From positions 4,911 through 68,910 of the forward strand of contig JAFGWT010000327.1 of the NCBI GenBank assembly GCA_016937015.1: DNA of 64,000 nucleotides, given 5' to 3'. The notes beneath the pieces are model-generated. The model worked only from the letters and a program-made list of their open reading frames with translations, did no database searches and was not told the origin of the DNA. The stretch comes from Deltaproteobacteria bacterium (GTDB taxonomy: Bacteria; Myxococcota_A; Polyangia; JAAYKL01). This document shows, piece by piece, positions 39,440 to 51,190 of this stretch. How positions within the stretch are numbered: the stretch's first letter is position 1; each line of letters starts with the position of its first letter. The translations under genes and the position numbers were made by a program.

Positions 39440-41905
39440 TGATGCATCAGGAGGGGGCGAGTCCAGCAAATCTGTTTGCCATCCGGCCCCATCTCTTGGC
39501 ATCAGGGAATCCCGATGCTGTTTTTTTTCAGACATCAACTGGCGCGTCACCACCCGCTGAAGCTTTTTAAGATCGACCGGCTTCGAAATATAATCGTCCA
39601 TTCCGGCATCCAGACATTTCTGGCGATCCCCCTTGAGCGCACTGGCAGTCATGGCAATAACCGGCACATCACTGCATAGAATTGTCGAATCTGTGCGAAT
39701 AATATGTGTCGCAGTGTAGCCATCCATAATCGGCATCTGCACATCCATTAACACCAAATCGTATTGCACCATCCTCAACTGTTCAATTGCTTCCTCGCCA
39801 TTGCCAACTGAATCCGCACGAAATCCCAACCGTTTCAACATTCCCATGGCCACCTTCTGGTTGGTGGCATTGTCCTCCACCACCAGTATCCGGAACTTGC
39901 TTCTCCGCTGCTCGTAAAGACTGTGACGGGTGATAAACTCAAGTTCACTGGTGTCCTGTTCAATCAACCGAACAAGGCAATCGTACAGGTCGGTGTATCG
40001 AACGGGCTTGGTGATATATGCGTCAAACCCCATCTCCCGCGCGCGTCTGGCGTCCCCGCGATTGCCCACCATGGTCATCAGCACCATTCGCGTATCCTGA
40101 AGCGTGACATCGGCACGTATTGTTTTGCCCAGTGTTTCGCCGCTCATCCCTGGCATCTTTGTGTCCACTATGACTATTTCAAACGGGTCGCCGTTTTGGG
40201 AGGCTTCATAGAGTCGTTGCAGCGCGGTACTCCCATCAGCAACGGCAACAGACTCAGTGTGCCAGGATTCCAGAAGCCTCATTGTGGCTTTTCTGCTGCT
40301 CGTGTTGTCATCAACCAGTAAAATACGCGCCCCCTGTATCTCACTGATTTTAAGCGATTCTGTATCCCTGGACGAATTTTCGAGCCCTACGGTAAACCAG
40401 AACTCCGCCCCTTTTCCCTTTTCGCTAAAGACTCCTATTTCACCATCCATCATTTCCACCAGCTTTTTTGCAATCGCAAGCCCAAGTCCTGTACCGCCAA
40501 ATCTTCGGGTGCTGGTGCCGTCCAACTGCGTGAAGCTGTCAAACAGATTACCCTGTAAATCCGGATCCAGCCCAATACCAGTATCTGCCACCGAAAACCG
40601 AAGCTCGGTCTGATTGCCGGAACGTTGACCTGGTTCAACATAGATGGACACCTCCCCCTGGGAAGTAAACTTGAATGCATTGTCCACCATATTGCTCAAC
40701 ACCTGCCGGATTCGGCCAGGATCTCCTCTGTAATAAACGTCGAGCCGAGGCTCCACGGCACAAACAAACTCAATATCCTTTTCTTCGGTGTAAACCGCGT
40801 ACGCCGCAGCAAAGTCATCCATCATGGCAAACAGGTTAAAATCGATGTTCTCGAGCTGTAAATCTTCGGCCTCAATTTTAGAGAAATCGAGAATGTCGTT
40901 AATCAGAGTCATCAAAGACGAACTGGATCGTTTTACAATTTCGGCATACTCTCGCTGTTCCCGAGAAAGTGGTGTATCGAGCAACAATCCGGTCATGCCA
41001 ATAATGCCGTTCATTGGCGTACGAATTTCATGGGACATATTGGCCATAAATTCGGATTTCGCCCGATTGGCGGATTCCGCTTTTTGCGCCAGCAGGTTCG
41101 CATTTCGCGCCTGAGTTTTCAATTCCCGGTTGAGTGACTCTGCAATCAGCTTCTTCTCAAATGCCATGACAGCAAGTTCATTCGCCCTGGCGGCTTCCCG
41201 CTCCATTTCTGCCCTCATATCTTCCAGGTCATTTTTCAAAAGCACAATCGACTCAAGAATTGGCATCAATGGATGATCGTCAGCAAACATCGGCGCGCGC
41301 TGTTCAACGCCATCCTGGGAGTGCCATGCATTGATAGCCAGATATTTGGACAGACTGAAAATATCCTTCTTACTTACCGGAACCTTCTCATCCGACTCGA
41401 AAGAAGAGCGCGGATTGGTATTGGATTCATCCTCGCGGATGCGTGCCTGTAAAAACTGCGCGGCCAGTTCCATGGCTTCGGCATAGCTCGAACAGACTGC
41501 CTGGGGAACGGCCCTTTCGTACATAATGTCTGCGGACTTTAGCGCCATATTGAGTTGAAATGGCGCATTCAGATAAATAAGACCCGCAATGCGTTCCTTG
41601 TTGCGTAAATAGTAGTCAACAAGTTTCAACCGGTACGCTCGGGACGGAATACCTTTTGTTTCGGAGAGATCCTTTATTTCCACAATCGGCCAGCTGGAAA
41701 ATTCCGCTAACACATAGGTTTCAATTGTGTCCAGATATTCAAGGGGCACTTCTTTGATACTCCCTTTTCCTTTGGTAAAAAATATGGAATCACCCAGACG
41801 ATAAAAGCTCGCGGAATATTGGTCTGTAACGCGCAGATCCGTCCATTCTGGCTTTGCGCAAATGGGAAACCCGGAAACGGGACAGATAGTGCCATCAAGA
41901 CTCAT
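39428..41905 (-). CDS. Hybrid histidine kinase (HisKA-HATPase-REC-REC) with uncharacterised N-terminal domain
   Basis: [36 protein letters not shown], two receiver domains. Confidence 0.95.
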   Translation of the reverse strand: MSLDGTICPVSGFPICAKPEWTDLRVTDQYSASFYRLGDSIFFTKGKGSIKEVPLEYLDTIETYVLAEFSSWPIVEIKDLSETKGIPSRAYRLKLVDYYLRNKERIAGLIYLNAPFQLNMALKSADIMYERAVPQAVCSSYAEAMELAAQFLQARIREDESNTNPRSSFESDEKVPVSKKDIFSLSKYLAINAWHSQDGVEQRAPMFADDHPLMPILESIVLLKNDLEDMRAEMEREAARANELAVMAFEKKLIAESLNRELKTQARNANLLAQKAESANRAKSEFMANMSHEIRTPMNGIIGMTGLLLDTPLSREQREYAEIVKRSSSSLMTLINDILDFSKIEAEDLQLENIDFNLFAMMDDFAAAYAVYTEEKDIEFVCAVEPRLDVYYRGDPGRIRQVLSNMVDNAFKFTSQGEVSIYVEPGQRSGNQTELRFSVADTGIGLDPDLQGNLFDSFTQLDGTSTRRFGGTGLGLAIAKKLVEMMDGEIGVFSEKGKGAEFWFTVGLENSSRDTESLKISEIQGARILLVDDNTSSRKATMRLLESWHTESVAVADGSTALQRLYEASQNGDPFEIVIVDTKMPGMSGETLGKTIRADVTLQDTRMVLMTMVGNRGDARRAREMGFDAYITKPVRYTDLYDCLVRLIEQDTSELEFITRHSLYEQRRSKFRILVVEDNATNQKVAMGMLKRLGFRADSVGNGEEAIEQLRMVQYDLVLMDVQMPIMDGYTATHIIRTDSTILCSDVPVIAMTASALKGDRQKCLDAGMDDYISKPVDLKKLQRVVTRQLMSEKKQHRDSLMPRDGAGWQTDLLDSPPPDASSES

Positions 41906-44310
41906 TGATTCACTTCCTTTTGCATTATCGCTTTCAGTTGGTTGAATTCATGAGTAATAAGCGGCAGCAACTGCCCCACACGCTGCAAATCTCCTTTCCG
42001 CTCACCGGCTTCCTCAAGCTGAAACGCAACCTGGGCCAGCGCATCCCCCCCCACATTTGCCGAAGCCCCCTTAATACGATGTGCAATTTTTCCCGCTTCT
42101 ACCACATCCTGATCTGCGACCGCCTTACTCAATTCATTCAACTGGTTATCCATATCAACAAGATATTCAGCCACAATGGTCTGAAACAGGGTCTCATCAC
42201 CCATCAGGCGATCCATTAGGCCGTCCCGGTCAAACACGGAAAAAGCGGCCGCCGCCGGGACAACCGACGATGATCGAGGACTGGTGTCACAGGATTGGCC
42301 TTCGGCTGTTGCCGGCAACACGGCTGCGCCCCCAGTTGCGCCAGCAGTCGACTTCTTATGTAATGTCTTTGCACCGGTGGGTCTCCTGGTCACAAATGAC
42401 TGACTGCGATAGAGCCAACGCGTAACAACCTCTTCGAGTCTGGCCGGATCGATGGGCTTGGAAACATAATCATCCATTCCATGTTCGAGACATTTTTGTC
42501 GATCCCCTTCCATGGCATGGGCAGTCATCGCGACAATGGGTATATTGGGATCAAAAACGCTGGTTCGCGACGCGTCGCGAATTCGCCGCGTGGCGCCGTA
42601 ACCATCCAGACGTGGCATCTGCACATCCATCAGTACAAGATCGTAATACCTGGACTCCAATGCCTTAATCGCCTCTTCCCCGTCGGACACTGCATCTGCA
42701 CGATATCCAAGCTTCTTCAATAATCCCAGAGCCACTTTCTGGTTGGTCAAATTGTCTTCCGCCAGCAAAATTTTAAGTCTCGCTTTACGATCTTCGGCGA
42801 TGCTATGACGCGTAATCAGATCCCGTGCCGGTTTCACAACGACCTTTTCGTCTGCACCGCCGATCAGTTGCGCCAGGCATACATATAAATCCGACTGAAG
42901 GACGGGTTTCGTCAGGTAAGCGGAAAACCCTGCGGATTTGAATGTCCCCGCGTCGCCACGACGCCCCACGTCGGTCATTAGCACGAGTCGAGCCTCAGAG
43001 AGCCGGCTGTCTTCCTTGATTATTTTACCCAGCGTTTCCCCCGTCATATGCGGCATACGCATGTCAATAAGTACCAGGCGATAAGGCAACCCATTGTCAA
43101 CGGCATCATACATCGCCTGCAACGCTTCCGGGCCACTTTGAGTAATAGTGACAATCATTCCCCATGAATTCAGAAGAGACTCGGTTAAATCCAGATTCGA
43201 CTGATTATCATCCACAATCAGTGCACGCACACCGGCGATATTTCCCATTGCTCTGGGTTCAGGCAGCTTTTCAGAACGCTTCAGACGTGCCGTGAACCAA
43301 AAATCCGCCCCTTTCCCCTCCTCACTTTCAAATCCGATTTTGCCGCCCATCATCTCTGCCAGCTGCTTGGAAATGGACAGCCCCAAACCAGTGCCGCCAT
43401 ACAGTCGTGTCGTGGAACCGTCCGCCTGCGTGAAGCTTTCAAACAGCTTTTCCTGACTTTCTTTGGGAATACCAATACCGGAATCCTTTACGTGAAATTC
43501 AACGGTGACCGTTTCAACATCCTCATCAACAAGTCGACCACGAACCGACACCTCGCCTTTGCGTGTAAACTTAAAGGCGTTCCCGGCCAGATTGGTCAGT
43601 ATCTGACGCAGCCTTCCAGGATCGCCTTTTACGAACGCAGGCACATCCGGCGCCAGGCCGCAAATGAATTCCAACGCCCGATCATTGGCTCTAAAGGCCA
43701 ACGTTGACGCAAAGTCTTCGAGCATTGAGCGAATATCAAAATCGATTTCTTCGATTTTCATTTTTCGTGCTTCTATTTTCGAAAAATCAAGGATGTCATT
43801 AATGAGCGTCAGCAAAGATTCCGCGCTGTTTTTCGCTACACTGGCAAACGATTGCTGTTCGTTGTTAAGATGGGTATCCTCCAGAAGCGAAAGCATTCCA
43901 AGAACACCATTCATTGGCGTCCGGATTTCATGCGACATGTTGGCGAGGAATTCGGACTTCGCTTTGTTGGCGTTTTCAGCCTCCCGGGCCATGGAATTGG
44001 CAAATGCCGTTTGTTTGCGAAGCTGCGCATTGATGCGTTCGGATTCTTCCAACACACTGTGAATGTTGGCTTCCGCCTTGAACCGACGACTGCGCTCATG
44101 TTCGTAGGTCAATGTCAGCACTGCCATGGGAATAGCAACCAGCGCCAGTGAAATGGGCACTGCAATCGGAATCAGGTTCAACGTGACTGCAAATCCTGTT
44201 CCCGCGAGTACCAATATTAGCGCGCTCCAGAATCCAAACCATAGCCCGGATTTTGCTACATGAAACTGACTGTCAGATGTGGCTGGTCGCTGTGAAACCG
44301 AATTACGCAT
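41902..44310 (-). CDS. Membrane hybrid histidine kinase (TM-HisKA-HATPase-REC-REC-Hpt)
   Basis: Two TMs, [18 protein letters not shown], two receivers, Hpt [12 protein letters not shown]; ATGA overlap with the downstream kinase. Confidence 0.95.
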   Translation of the reverse strand: MRNSVSQRPATSDSQFHVAKSGLWFGFWSALILVLAGTGFAVTLNLIPIAVPISLALVAIPMAVLTLTYEHERSRRFKAEANIHSVLEESERINAQLRKQTAFANSMAREAENANKAKSEFLANMSHEIRTPMNGVLGMLSLLEDTHLNNEQQSFASVAKNSAESLLTLINDILDFSKIEARKMKIEEIDFDIRSMLEDFASTLAFRANDRALEFICGLAPDVPAFVKGDPGRLRQILTNLAGNAFKFTRKGEVSVRGRLVDEDVETVTVEFHVKDSGIGIPKESQEKLFESFTQADGSTTRLYGGTGLGLSISKQLAEMMGGKIGFESEEGKGADFWFTARLKRSEKLPEPRAMGNIAGVRALIVDDNQSNLDLTESLLNSWGMIVTITQSGPEALQAMYDAVDNGLPYRLVLIDMRMPHMTGETLGKIIKEDSRLSEARLVLMTDVGRRGDAGTFKSAGFSAYLTKPVLQSDLYVCLAQLIGGADEKVVVKPARDLITRHSIAEDRKARLKILLAEDNLTNQKVALGLLKKLGYRADAVSDGEEAIKALESRYYDLVLMDVQMPRLDGYGATRRIRDASRTSVFDPNIPIVAMTAHAMEGDRQKCLEHGMDDYVSKPIDPARLEEVVTRWLYRSQSFVTRRPTGAKTLHKKSTAGATGGAAVLPATAEGQSCDTSPRSSSVVPAAAAFSVFDRDGLMDRLMGDETLFQTIVAEYLVDMDNQLNELSKAVADQDVVEAGKIAHRIKGASANVGGDALAQVAFQLEEAGERKGDLQRVGQLLPLITHEFNQLKAIMQKEVNQ

Positions 44311-44483
44311 CGAAGCCCCTTCAGGTGCCTTTCAATACTATAACGACAATTGAACCGAATATTTAATAATTAACCCTTAAACATTACCAACTTACAGCGA
44401 AACAACTTTTTCCACAACGCCCGACATGGGCTGATGGCGGGATAATTGACCAGGGGAAAAGTAATATTTCGTATAACAATTAA

Positions 44484-46112
44484 TCAGAGGGACAATTGAG
44501 CACAGACTTCAACGGGAACAGACGGTGTAATTTCACCATGCCCGATAACTCGAATGTGCTTCACGGATTCTGGCAACAATTGTTGCAGCGGTCTGCGAAG
44601 GGACGCAGAAACAAGCAGAATCTGTGGGCCTTTGTCCTCCACGATCTGATTCAGGTTATCGACCAGATCTGCTTCCAGATCGGGCTGCAGTGTCATGCGC
44701 TTGCCGGCGGATGTACTTACAACGCTGGCCTGAAGCAGCTGCTCCGTTTCAACATCCACAGTTGTGATGCGCAACATGGAACCATCGCGCTTTTCTGCAG
44801 TATTTGCCGGTGCCGCAGAGGGTGCCGAAAACATATCATGCTGTAATGATTCGGTAATTAGATACGCCAGACGCCTTCTGATCCGAACCAGCATATCATC
44901 AAGATCTGCCACCACTTTTTCTCGCGCGATGGCTTCCAGTACATCCGGTAAATGCTGCTCCGAAATACCTTCCATTTTGAGTTCACCAATAATATCGGCC
45001 AACATGGCAAGTTCAATCCGTTCCCAAACCGCTTCCCTGACCAGAACGGGATGCCGGGCAGCCACTTCATCCAGCAGTTGCTGCATTCGATCCAGTGATA
45101 TAGCGGCTTCATTGCGACGGATATTCGGTGATGTAATGCGCGTTGCCACACCCTCGCTCAGCCTTTTTTGAACAGCGACGCTCACCGCCAGGACCGACGC
45201 CGCAATCAGAAAAGGCCATGCAGGAAGCCCGGGAATCAGTGCCAGCAACAACATCATGGCAGCAGCGGCAATAATTGCCGATGGTACAGAAAGCAACTCC
45301 ATCCCCATCGCGCCATCTCCGTCCCCCGAGGAATGCCCCTGTGCCAAACGAGTGACCAGCAATCCTGCTGCCGTTGAAATCAGCAGTGCCGGAATCATGG
45401 AAACCAGGCCATCCCCGACAGTAAGTCTCCCATAAAGATCTAACGCATCGGCAATGGACATATTTTTACGAAGCACGCCCACAAGCGTACCGCCTAAAAC
45501 ATTAATTACCGTTATGACCAGCGCCGCTACCGCATCGCCGCGAACAAACTTCATGGCGCCGTCCAGCGATCCATAATACATGCTGCGCTTTTCGAGTGCT
45601 TCCCGTCGCAGGGTCAACTCCCTTGGTGAAATGGTTTTACTGCGCAAATCCGCTTCAATCGCCATTTGCATGCCAGGCAGCGCATCCAGCGTAAATCGGG
45701 CAGCAACTTCGGCTACCCGTTCCGCGCCGCGGGTAATCACCAGAAAAAGCACCATCAGAATGACACCAAAAATGACAGCGCCCACAATAATATCGCCACC
45801 AACAATAAAACCGCCAAACCCACCAATAATCCGGCCGGGATTTCCACGTGTCAAAATTAAACGGGTTGACGAAATATTGAGTGCCAGTCGATACAGGGTG
45901 GCCATCAGCAGTACAGAGGGAAATCCACTGAAATGCAGCGGGTTCTTCTGAAAAACAGCCATCGCAAAAATGAGCATGGAGATGCCCAGATTAAACGAAA
46001 TGAGCAGATCCATCATCCATGGCGACAGCGGTATGATCATCATCGCCACAATTGCCAAAATGACAACTGCCAGAAACAATTCCCTTAAATTGCTTTGTAC
46101 GAGAGGTTTCAT
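44484..46112 (-). CDS. FlhA/SctV (FHIPEP-family) type III export gate protein with shortened cytoplasmic domain
   Basis: FPSVLLMATLYRLALNISSTRLIL, RVAEVAARFTLDALPGMQMAIEADL, YGSLDGAMKFVRGDA, LTVGDGLVS; only 542 aa. Confidence 0.9.
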   Translation of the reverse strand: MKPLVQSNLRELFLAVVILAIVAMMIIPLSPWMMDLLISFNLGISMLIFAMAVFQKNPLHFSGFPSVLLMATLYRLALNISSTRLILTRGNPGRIIGGFGGFIVGGDIIVGAVIFGVILMVLFLVITRGAERVAEVAARFTLDALPGMQMAIEADLRSKTISPRELTLRREALEKRSMYYGSLDGAMKFVRGDAVAALVITVINVLGGTLVGVLRKNMSIADALDLYGRLTVGDGLVSMIPALLISTAAGLLVTRLAQGHSSGDGDGAMGMELLSVPSAIIAAAAMMLLLALIPGLPAWPFLIAASVLAVSVAVQKRLSEGVATRITSPNIRRNEAAISLDRMQQLLDEVAARHPVLVREAVWERIELAMLADIIGELKMEGISEQHLPDVLEAIAREKVVADLDDMLVRIRRRLAYLITESLQHDMFSAPSAAPANTAEKRDGSMLRITTVDVETEQLLQASVVSTSAGKRMTLQPDLEADLVDNLNQIVEDKGPQILLVSASLRRPLQQLLPESVKHIRVIGHGEITPSVPVEVCAQLSL

Positions 46113-46323
46113 GATAGAATTTCGAATTAAAATAAAGCGAAGGATTCATCAACTGAAAAATGGAATTTCGCCGGGCAAATGCAACATCGTTCGAAGTGGC
46201 AGAAATCTCAAATAGAGAAGAACGTATCTCCGGACAATCCTGGCGGCTGCCCTGATAAATCGGCAGCGTCAGAGTTTTTATTACCCGCCTGCCAGAGATC
46301 GTGCTGTGGTGTGTATTCAGAGA

Positions 46324-47556
46324 TTACTGAAGCAATGTGCAGGCGGAAAGCTGTTGCGTGAAATCCCCCGATGTCCACATCAGGGACATTTCGTTCCAGT
46401 TATTGGGGCAAACCACATCCGCACCGGAATCGAAGAATTCTGGATTGTATTTCTTCCCATTTACCAGATTGTCGTACACCATTTGAATAACGTCGTACCC
46501 CCACCCCCAATACTTCTGGCCAACCATCGCGTTTAACAGCCCACTTTGAGCCATGTCTATCTGAAACTTGAGCGTGTCATAGGTGACTGTTTTAAGGGAA
46601 CCGTCTATCATTCTGGCGGTCCAATCGGGGAGTCCGTTGAGTGTGGGGTCGGCGCTGTAGGCGAACAGCGGCCACAGTCCAATAAGAATGGCAGCATCCA
46701 AATCAGGAGAACCATCACCGTCTCTGTCCCTGGAAACCATCTCATCCAATTGAACGCCACAGGCCTCTGTCTCATATTCCGCATACACAGTTGCGCAGGA
46801 ATCGGGATCATACACGTTTTGACATTTTTCAGGTTCATCACGATACACGTGATACGTGGCTGTTTCAGGTGCAGCGGCCAACGTTGCGGGCCAGCATTTG
46901 ACCAGTTGTGGATTTGTAGTGCCCTCGTAAATGCAGGCGCCCTGCTCCTTCAGCGCATCCCAAACGCCGGCAACCCGTTCCTGAAGATTCGTCGCAACGG
47001 GAACACCACTGAAAATGCCAACGCGCCATGGCTTCTGTACCGCCGTATCTGCTGCCAGTACAGCGCCAGTCAGCTTCGCGACGGTCTGTCCTGTCGAGCG
47101 ACAGTCAATTCCGTAGTAGGTCATTCGCCCACTCGGATCGCCGTTGGGATAACGACAATCTGAATCCCATGCCATTACCGGTATTCCCGCAGCAATCGCC
47201 TCATCCACTTTCGATGCAACATCAGGGCTTGAGCACGAAATGGCGATGGCATCAACCTGGGCGTCAATGGCTTCCTGAATGGATGCCTTCTGCCCTTCTA
47301 TATCAGCGGCGCTCTGAGGGGCAACGTAGAGAATATCAACCTGCTTTCCGGTGGTTTGCGTCAGATCCAGAGCCTTCAGTTTTGCACCATCCAAACCAAT
47401 CTGAAATACCTCGTTTCCTTTTTCCTTTGGAATCCATGCAATAGTCAGTTTGCCGTCATCCTTGCTGTCCCCTTCATCATCCGAGTTACAGGATATCAAA
47501 GGCAGTAACAGCAGAAAGCATAACAACAGAGTTATTCCTCGTAGAGACATTGTCAT
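46324..47556 (-). CDS. Sugar-type (RbsB-like) periplasmic binding lipoprotein
   Basis: Lipobox LISC; IAWIPK..NEVF, VDAIAIS, AGIPVMAWDSD, NLQERVAG, VGQKYWGWGY; start at ATG 47556 after GGGGA. Confidence 0.85.
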   Translation of the reverse strand: MTMSLRGITLLLCFLLLLPLISCNSDDEGDSKDDGKLTIAWIPKEKGNEVFQIGLDGAKLKALDLTQTTGKQVDILYVAPQSAADIEGQKASIQEAIDAQVDAIAISCSSPDVASKVDEAIAAGIPVMAWDSDCRYPNGDPSGRMTYYGIDCRSTGQTVAKLTGAVLAADTAVQKPWRVGIFSGVPVATNLQERVAGVWDALKEQGACIYEGTTNPQLVKCWPATLAAAPETATYHVYRDEPEKCQNVYDPDSCATVYAEYETEACGVQLDEMVSRDRDGDGSPDLDAAILIGLWPLFAYSADPTLNGLPDWTARMIDGSLKTVTYDTLKFQIDMAQSGLLNAMVGQKYWGWGYDVIQMVYDNLVNGKKYNPEFFDSGADVVCPNNWNEMSLMWTSGDFTQQLSACTLLQ

Positions 47557-47585
47557 TCGTATTCCCCTTTCAATCGCGCAAACGC

Positions 47586-48911
47586 TCATTCTTCCACTTG
47601 GTTGGATGCCGGCAACGCCAGCATATTTTCGCCTTTTACGATTTTTCCATGCTGCACCGTCCACAGCTTGGCCAGCCCCGAATATATCTCTCCGTGCTCA
47701 TCCAGCTCGACAAATCCGGAAGCGCCCCGATAGTTTATTCCAGCGTAGGCTGCCACGTTTTTATATCTTAGCAGATTTAACCCATCCGCCAATTCATACC
47801 AGGCCACTTTCTTTCCGGTTGATATGGATGAAACTGTTAAAATGTGTTTTGAAATCTCGCTCGCACTGGGGATTTCGTCTTTTCCGGATTCCACATATGC
47901 CTCTTCAATAGCAAGCGCGAGTATCGCCAGGGCGTCATAATTGTAGTATGCGGAAAGCAGTGGATAGTCCCCTGGCCAACGTTTGGCAAACTCCCCGGCA
48001 AAAACGCTGGCATCGATCGCATCGGCATTCACCACGCCAACCATCCCATCTATGGTTCCAGGTGGAACATTCTGGACAAACACATCATTGGTCAGTGAAT
48101 TTGAGAAGTATAAAAGCTGATTTCCCCCCATGGCGCTCCAATCAGCGATAATCGTGGCCCCGGTCTTGGGATAGGCCACCAGCACAATTGCATCCGGATC
48201 GTGATCAAACGCCAATCCAAGAACAGTTCGATAAGACTGCAACCCCGGTTTAAAAGCCAGTTGGATTGGTGTTTCGCCAAGTCTGACAGCCAGTTCCTGA
48301 CTCAACATCTTGCTGAAATTGGATCCGTATTCGTCGTTGACGTGAAGAATTAGTGGATTGGACACACCATCGTCCACCATTTTTTTGGCCAGCACACTCC
48401 CCAGGGTTAACGAAGACGGACAGGTTCGAAACCACAGATTTTTCTCATCCAGGTCCGTAAATGCAGTCGATGAAACACCGCCCGAAACCTGCACGATATT
48501 CCGAGAAGAAATAAGCGGCATCATTTCAAGCGCAAGGTCTGCGTGCTCGGGGCCAATAATTGCGATAACGCCCTCGTTTTCAATCAGCTCCCTGGCTGCA
48601 TTCATCCCCTGGTCCACATCCGAATTGGTATCCCTTGTAATCAATTCAACATGACGCCCGGCAAGCCCGCCGTTGGCGTTAATCTGCTCCGTTACCCATA
48701 TCAATGCCCGTTCAATGTTTGCCCCCGAGGCCGCCAAATCCCCGGTAAAAGGCAACAGTGCACCTATTTTCACCGAATCAGTATGCTGCTTTTCCTCCGG
48801 CAATTCCATGCATGCAGTTGCAAAGGCACCAAGGATGAGAACACACACCAACGCAAACAACACACACACGTTTTTCAAAATATCCACGATTCTTCTATTT
48901 CCAACCATCAT
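47586..48911 (-). CDS. LivJ/branched-chain amino acid-type periplasmic binding lipoprotein
   Basis: Lipobox ATAC; VKIGALLPFTGDLA, INANGGLAGR, WFRTCPS, YRGASGFVELDEHGE. Confidence 0.88.
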   Translation of the reverse strand: MMVGNRRIVDILKNVCVLFALVCVLILGAFATACMELPEEKQHTDSVKIGALLPFTGDLAASGANIERALIWVTEQINANGGLAGRHVELITRDTNSDVDQGMNAARELIENEGVIAIIGPEHADLALEMMPLISSRNIVQVSGGVSSTAFTDLDEKNLWFRTCPSSLTLGSVLAKKMVDDGVSNPLILHVNDEYGSNFSKMLSQELAVRLGETPIQLAFKPGLQSYRTVLGLAFDHDPDAIVLVAYPKTGATIIADWSAMGGNQLLYFSNSLTNDVFVQNVPPGTIDGMVGVVNADAIDASVFAGEFAKRWPGDYPLLSAYYNYDALAILALAIEEAYVESGKDEIPSASEISKHILTVSSISTGKKVAWYELADGLNLLRYKNVAAYAGINYRGASGFVELDEHGEIYSGLAKLWTVQHGKIVKGENMLALPASNQVEE

Positions 48912-48913
48912 GA

Positions 48914-51190
48914 CTAGAGCTCCTGCTTTACGTTTAATAAGAACGTTCTTCCTGCAAGTGGATAATCAATGCCTGTAAATCCAGGATCGGGCCCGATTGC
49001 GTTGGTCAGATTTTTACAGCTTAAGTTAAAACTGGTATTCCGCCCATCCAGCAATTCAACCTCCCTGACTGCAACAGATGCATTCAAATGAATGTATGGC
49101 TCAAGTGTGTAGGCGGAAAAATTCTCGAGACTGTTCATATCGCTTGAGCGCCGTGGACCAACATACATACCATCGATGATCGCATGAAGCGGCATCCCGG
49201 GAATTTTTCCAATAAGACCTCCCCGGAAAATATACGGCGGATAAATAACATTTTCGGTGCCATACAACTCGGCCTGATATCCGTCCATGCCCATATTGCG
49301 ACGTGTCAGCTGCACTTCTGACGACAGATACCCCTTTATCCATTCGCTGTATCCGGCGCGAATCTCTGATTCCCACGAAAGACTCTCTGTTTCAGAAAGA
49401 TTCGTTGCAATGCGATTAACGCCCTGCTGCACAAATTCGGCTTTGTCCGTGAGCAGATTATACGCAAGCCCCGTCGAAATCGAAAAGTGCTCCCATTTCA
49501 GTGAAACATTTCCCTCGACGGAATGTACAAATTGAGGCTTCAAGGAATCATTGCCAACCACATCCCCAACCTCGTAGGGCGTGGCATGCAGCAACAAAGG
49601 AGACGGCGCTTTATATGCACTGCCGTACAACACTTTGATATAGAGTGGAGATACCGGGTTGGTCACAGCAGCAAATCTGCTGCTCAATTTGCTGCCGTAA
49701 ACATTATGACGATCATATCTGGCACCGGCGATCAGATTCAAATAACGCCCCAATGGTTTGAATATGGCCTGCGTGAATGCTGCGAAGTTAATAAAATCAG
49801 CAGTTCCCTGCCGATACGAACTTTCCGTCAGTACATCCCCTGTATCCATGTCGCCGCTGGCCGACTTTAAAACGTGCAGTGTGGACGGCAGACTCTCACG
49901 ATCAAACAGCATTTCCGTGCCGACAACCAGCGTGACCTTTTCGCCATAGGACCACCGCCCTTCAATCGAGCCATCCACACCGTCAAACCCAAATTTACGT
50001 CTGATGAAATACGTTGAGCTGCCAACCTCAATTCGATCTTTATCCCGCGGCCCTCCGGTAAAGTAGTTCACTTTAGCATCCAGCTGAAATTTTTTACTGA
50101 ATCGGGCCGAATATGCTGCCGCCAATATGCTGTTATAAAGAGCAACTGTGCTGTAATTAAACTGCCCGGTGTCGCTATACCCATAAGACAACGGCGCCCA
50201 TGCGTTAAATTCCGCGCCACGCTCAATTACTGACAGATACCCCGTCAGGGTGAGATTATGCTTTTCGTTAAAATCGTATCCTATTTTCAACAACGCGACT
50301 TTCGAATCGAGAATCAGTGATTCAGACTCAATCTCGCCAGTATTATACGAGGGAATCGATGGTGCCGGCGAACTGTCCGGCAGCCTGAGGCCAGACCGAT
50401 CCTCCCGGTCAAACCGTGCAGATACAAGGACATTTGTGTTGCCCTTTTTAACGCTTATGGCGGTATCAAACCCGCCACCCAGATTTTGCGCGCTGGCCAT
50501 GGTGGCATATACATTTGCCTCGCCGTTATCGCTCCTATGGCTGCCCTCTGCCGAGGCATTGGCAGCGCTTCTCGTCACTACATTGATAATTGCTAAAAAC
50601 GCATCCGCACCATATAGCGAGGAAACCGGCCCCCGGATAATTTCAATGCGTTCAACGGCGGTGAGCGGTATCAGCTCAGGGCCGGTCCAGTTTCCGGATG
50701 TGGCGCGAAACGCGACCGAACGCCCGTCAATCATCAGTTTCACAGTGCCGCTTTCGCCCAGCAAACCACCCGCAACACCGCGCACGCCGACATTGGGTAA
50801 GATATGATCGTCAACAACATAAAACCCCACCACGTGCTTCAATGCATCGGCAAGAGAACGATATGACCACATCTCAATATCCTGGTGAGAGATCACGGTA
50901 ATAACGGAGGGCGCTTCGTCAGTGGTGGATTTGGTTCGGGTCGCAGACCAGACTTCAACAGGCGTATTGAGAAGATCTTCAAGACCAAGCGCCAGCATCT
51001 CACTCGGATTCTCAATAAGAGACACAGAGGAATCATCATCCGCGTGCGACATCCCAGAGTAGCAGAGGCAATAAATACCGATAACCATTGAAAAAACAGG
51101 TCTTATAACTTTCAAACCAATAACCTCTTTTTTTTTCTGCCAGTCCAGGAAGACAAACCCAAGTGCCCCGAGACCTGGAACCGCTTTCAC
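48914..51190 (-). CDS. TonB-dependent receptor
   Basis: LGLEDLLNTPVEVWSATR..EAPSVITVI plug; IEIIRGPVSSLYGADAF; C-terminal GRTFLLNVKQEL. True start is probably somewhat downstream of the GTG at 51190. Confidence 0.93.
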   Translation of the reverse strand: MKAVPGLGALGFVFLDWQKKKEVIGLKVIRPVFSMVIGIYCLCYSGMSHADDDSSVSLIENPSEMLALGLEDLLNTPVEVWSATRTKSTTDEAPSVITVISHQDIEMWSYRSLADALKHVVGFYVVDDHILPNVGVRGVAGGLLGESGTVKLMIDGRSVAFRATSGNWTGPELIPLTAVERIEIIRGPVSSLYGADAFLAIINVVTRSAANASAEGSHRSDNGEANVYATMASAQNLGGGFDTAISVKKGNTNVLVSARFDREDRSGLRLPDSSPAPSIPSYNTGEIESESLILDSKVALLKIGYDFNEKHNLTLTGYLSVIERGAEFNAWAPLSYGYSDTGQFNYSTVALYNSILAAAYSARFSKKFQLDAKVNYFTGGPRDKDRIEVGSSTYFIRRKFGFDGVDGSIEGRWSYGEKVTLVVGTEMLFDRESLPSTLHVLKSASGDMDTGDVLTESSYRQGTADFINFAAFTQAIFKPLGRYLNLIAGARYDRHNVYGSKLSSRFAAVTNPVSPLYIKVLYGSAYKAPSPLLLHATPYEVGDVVGNDSLKPQFVHSVEGNVSLKWEHFSISTGLAYNLLTDKAEFVQQGVNRIATNLSETESLSWESEIRAGYSEWIKGYLSSEVQLTRRNMGMDGYQAELYGTENVIYPPYIFRGGLIGKIPGMPLHAIIDGMYVGPRRSSDMNSLENFSAYTLEPYIHLNASVAVREVELLDGRNTSFNLSCKNLTNAIGPDPGFTGIDYPLAGRTFLLNVKQEL

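Noticed and set aside
44340-44366. Sigma-28 promoter upstream of the hybrid kinases (minus strand TAAA...GTCGTTAT)
   Set aside because: Spacing is 14 rather than 15 and the -10 element has several mismatches.
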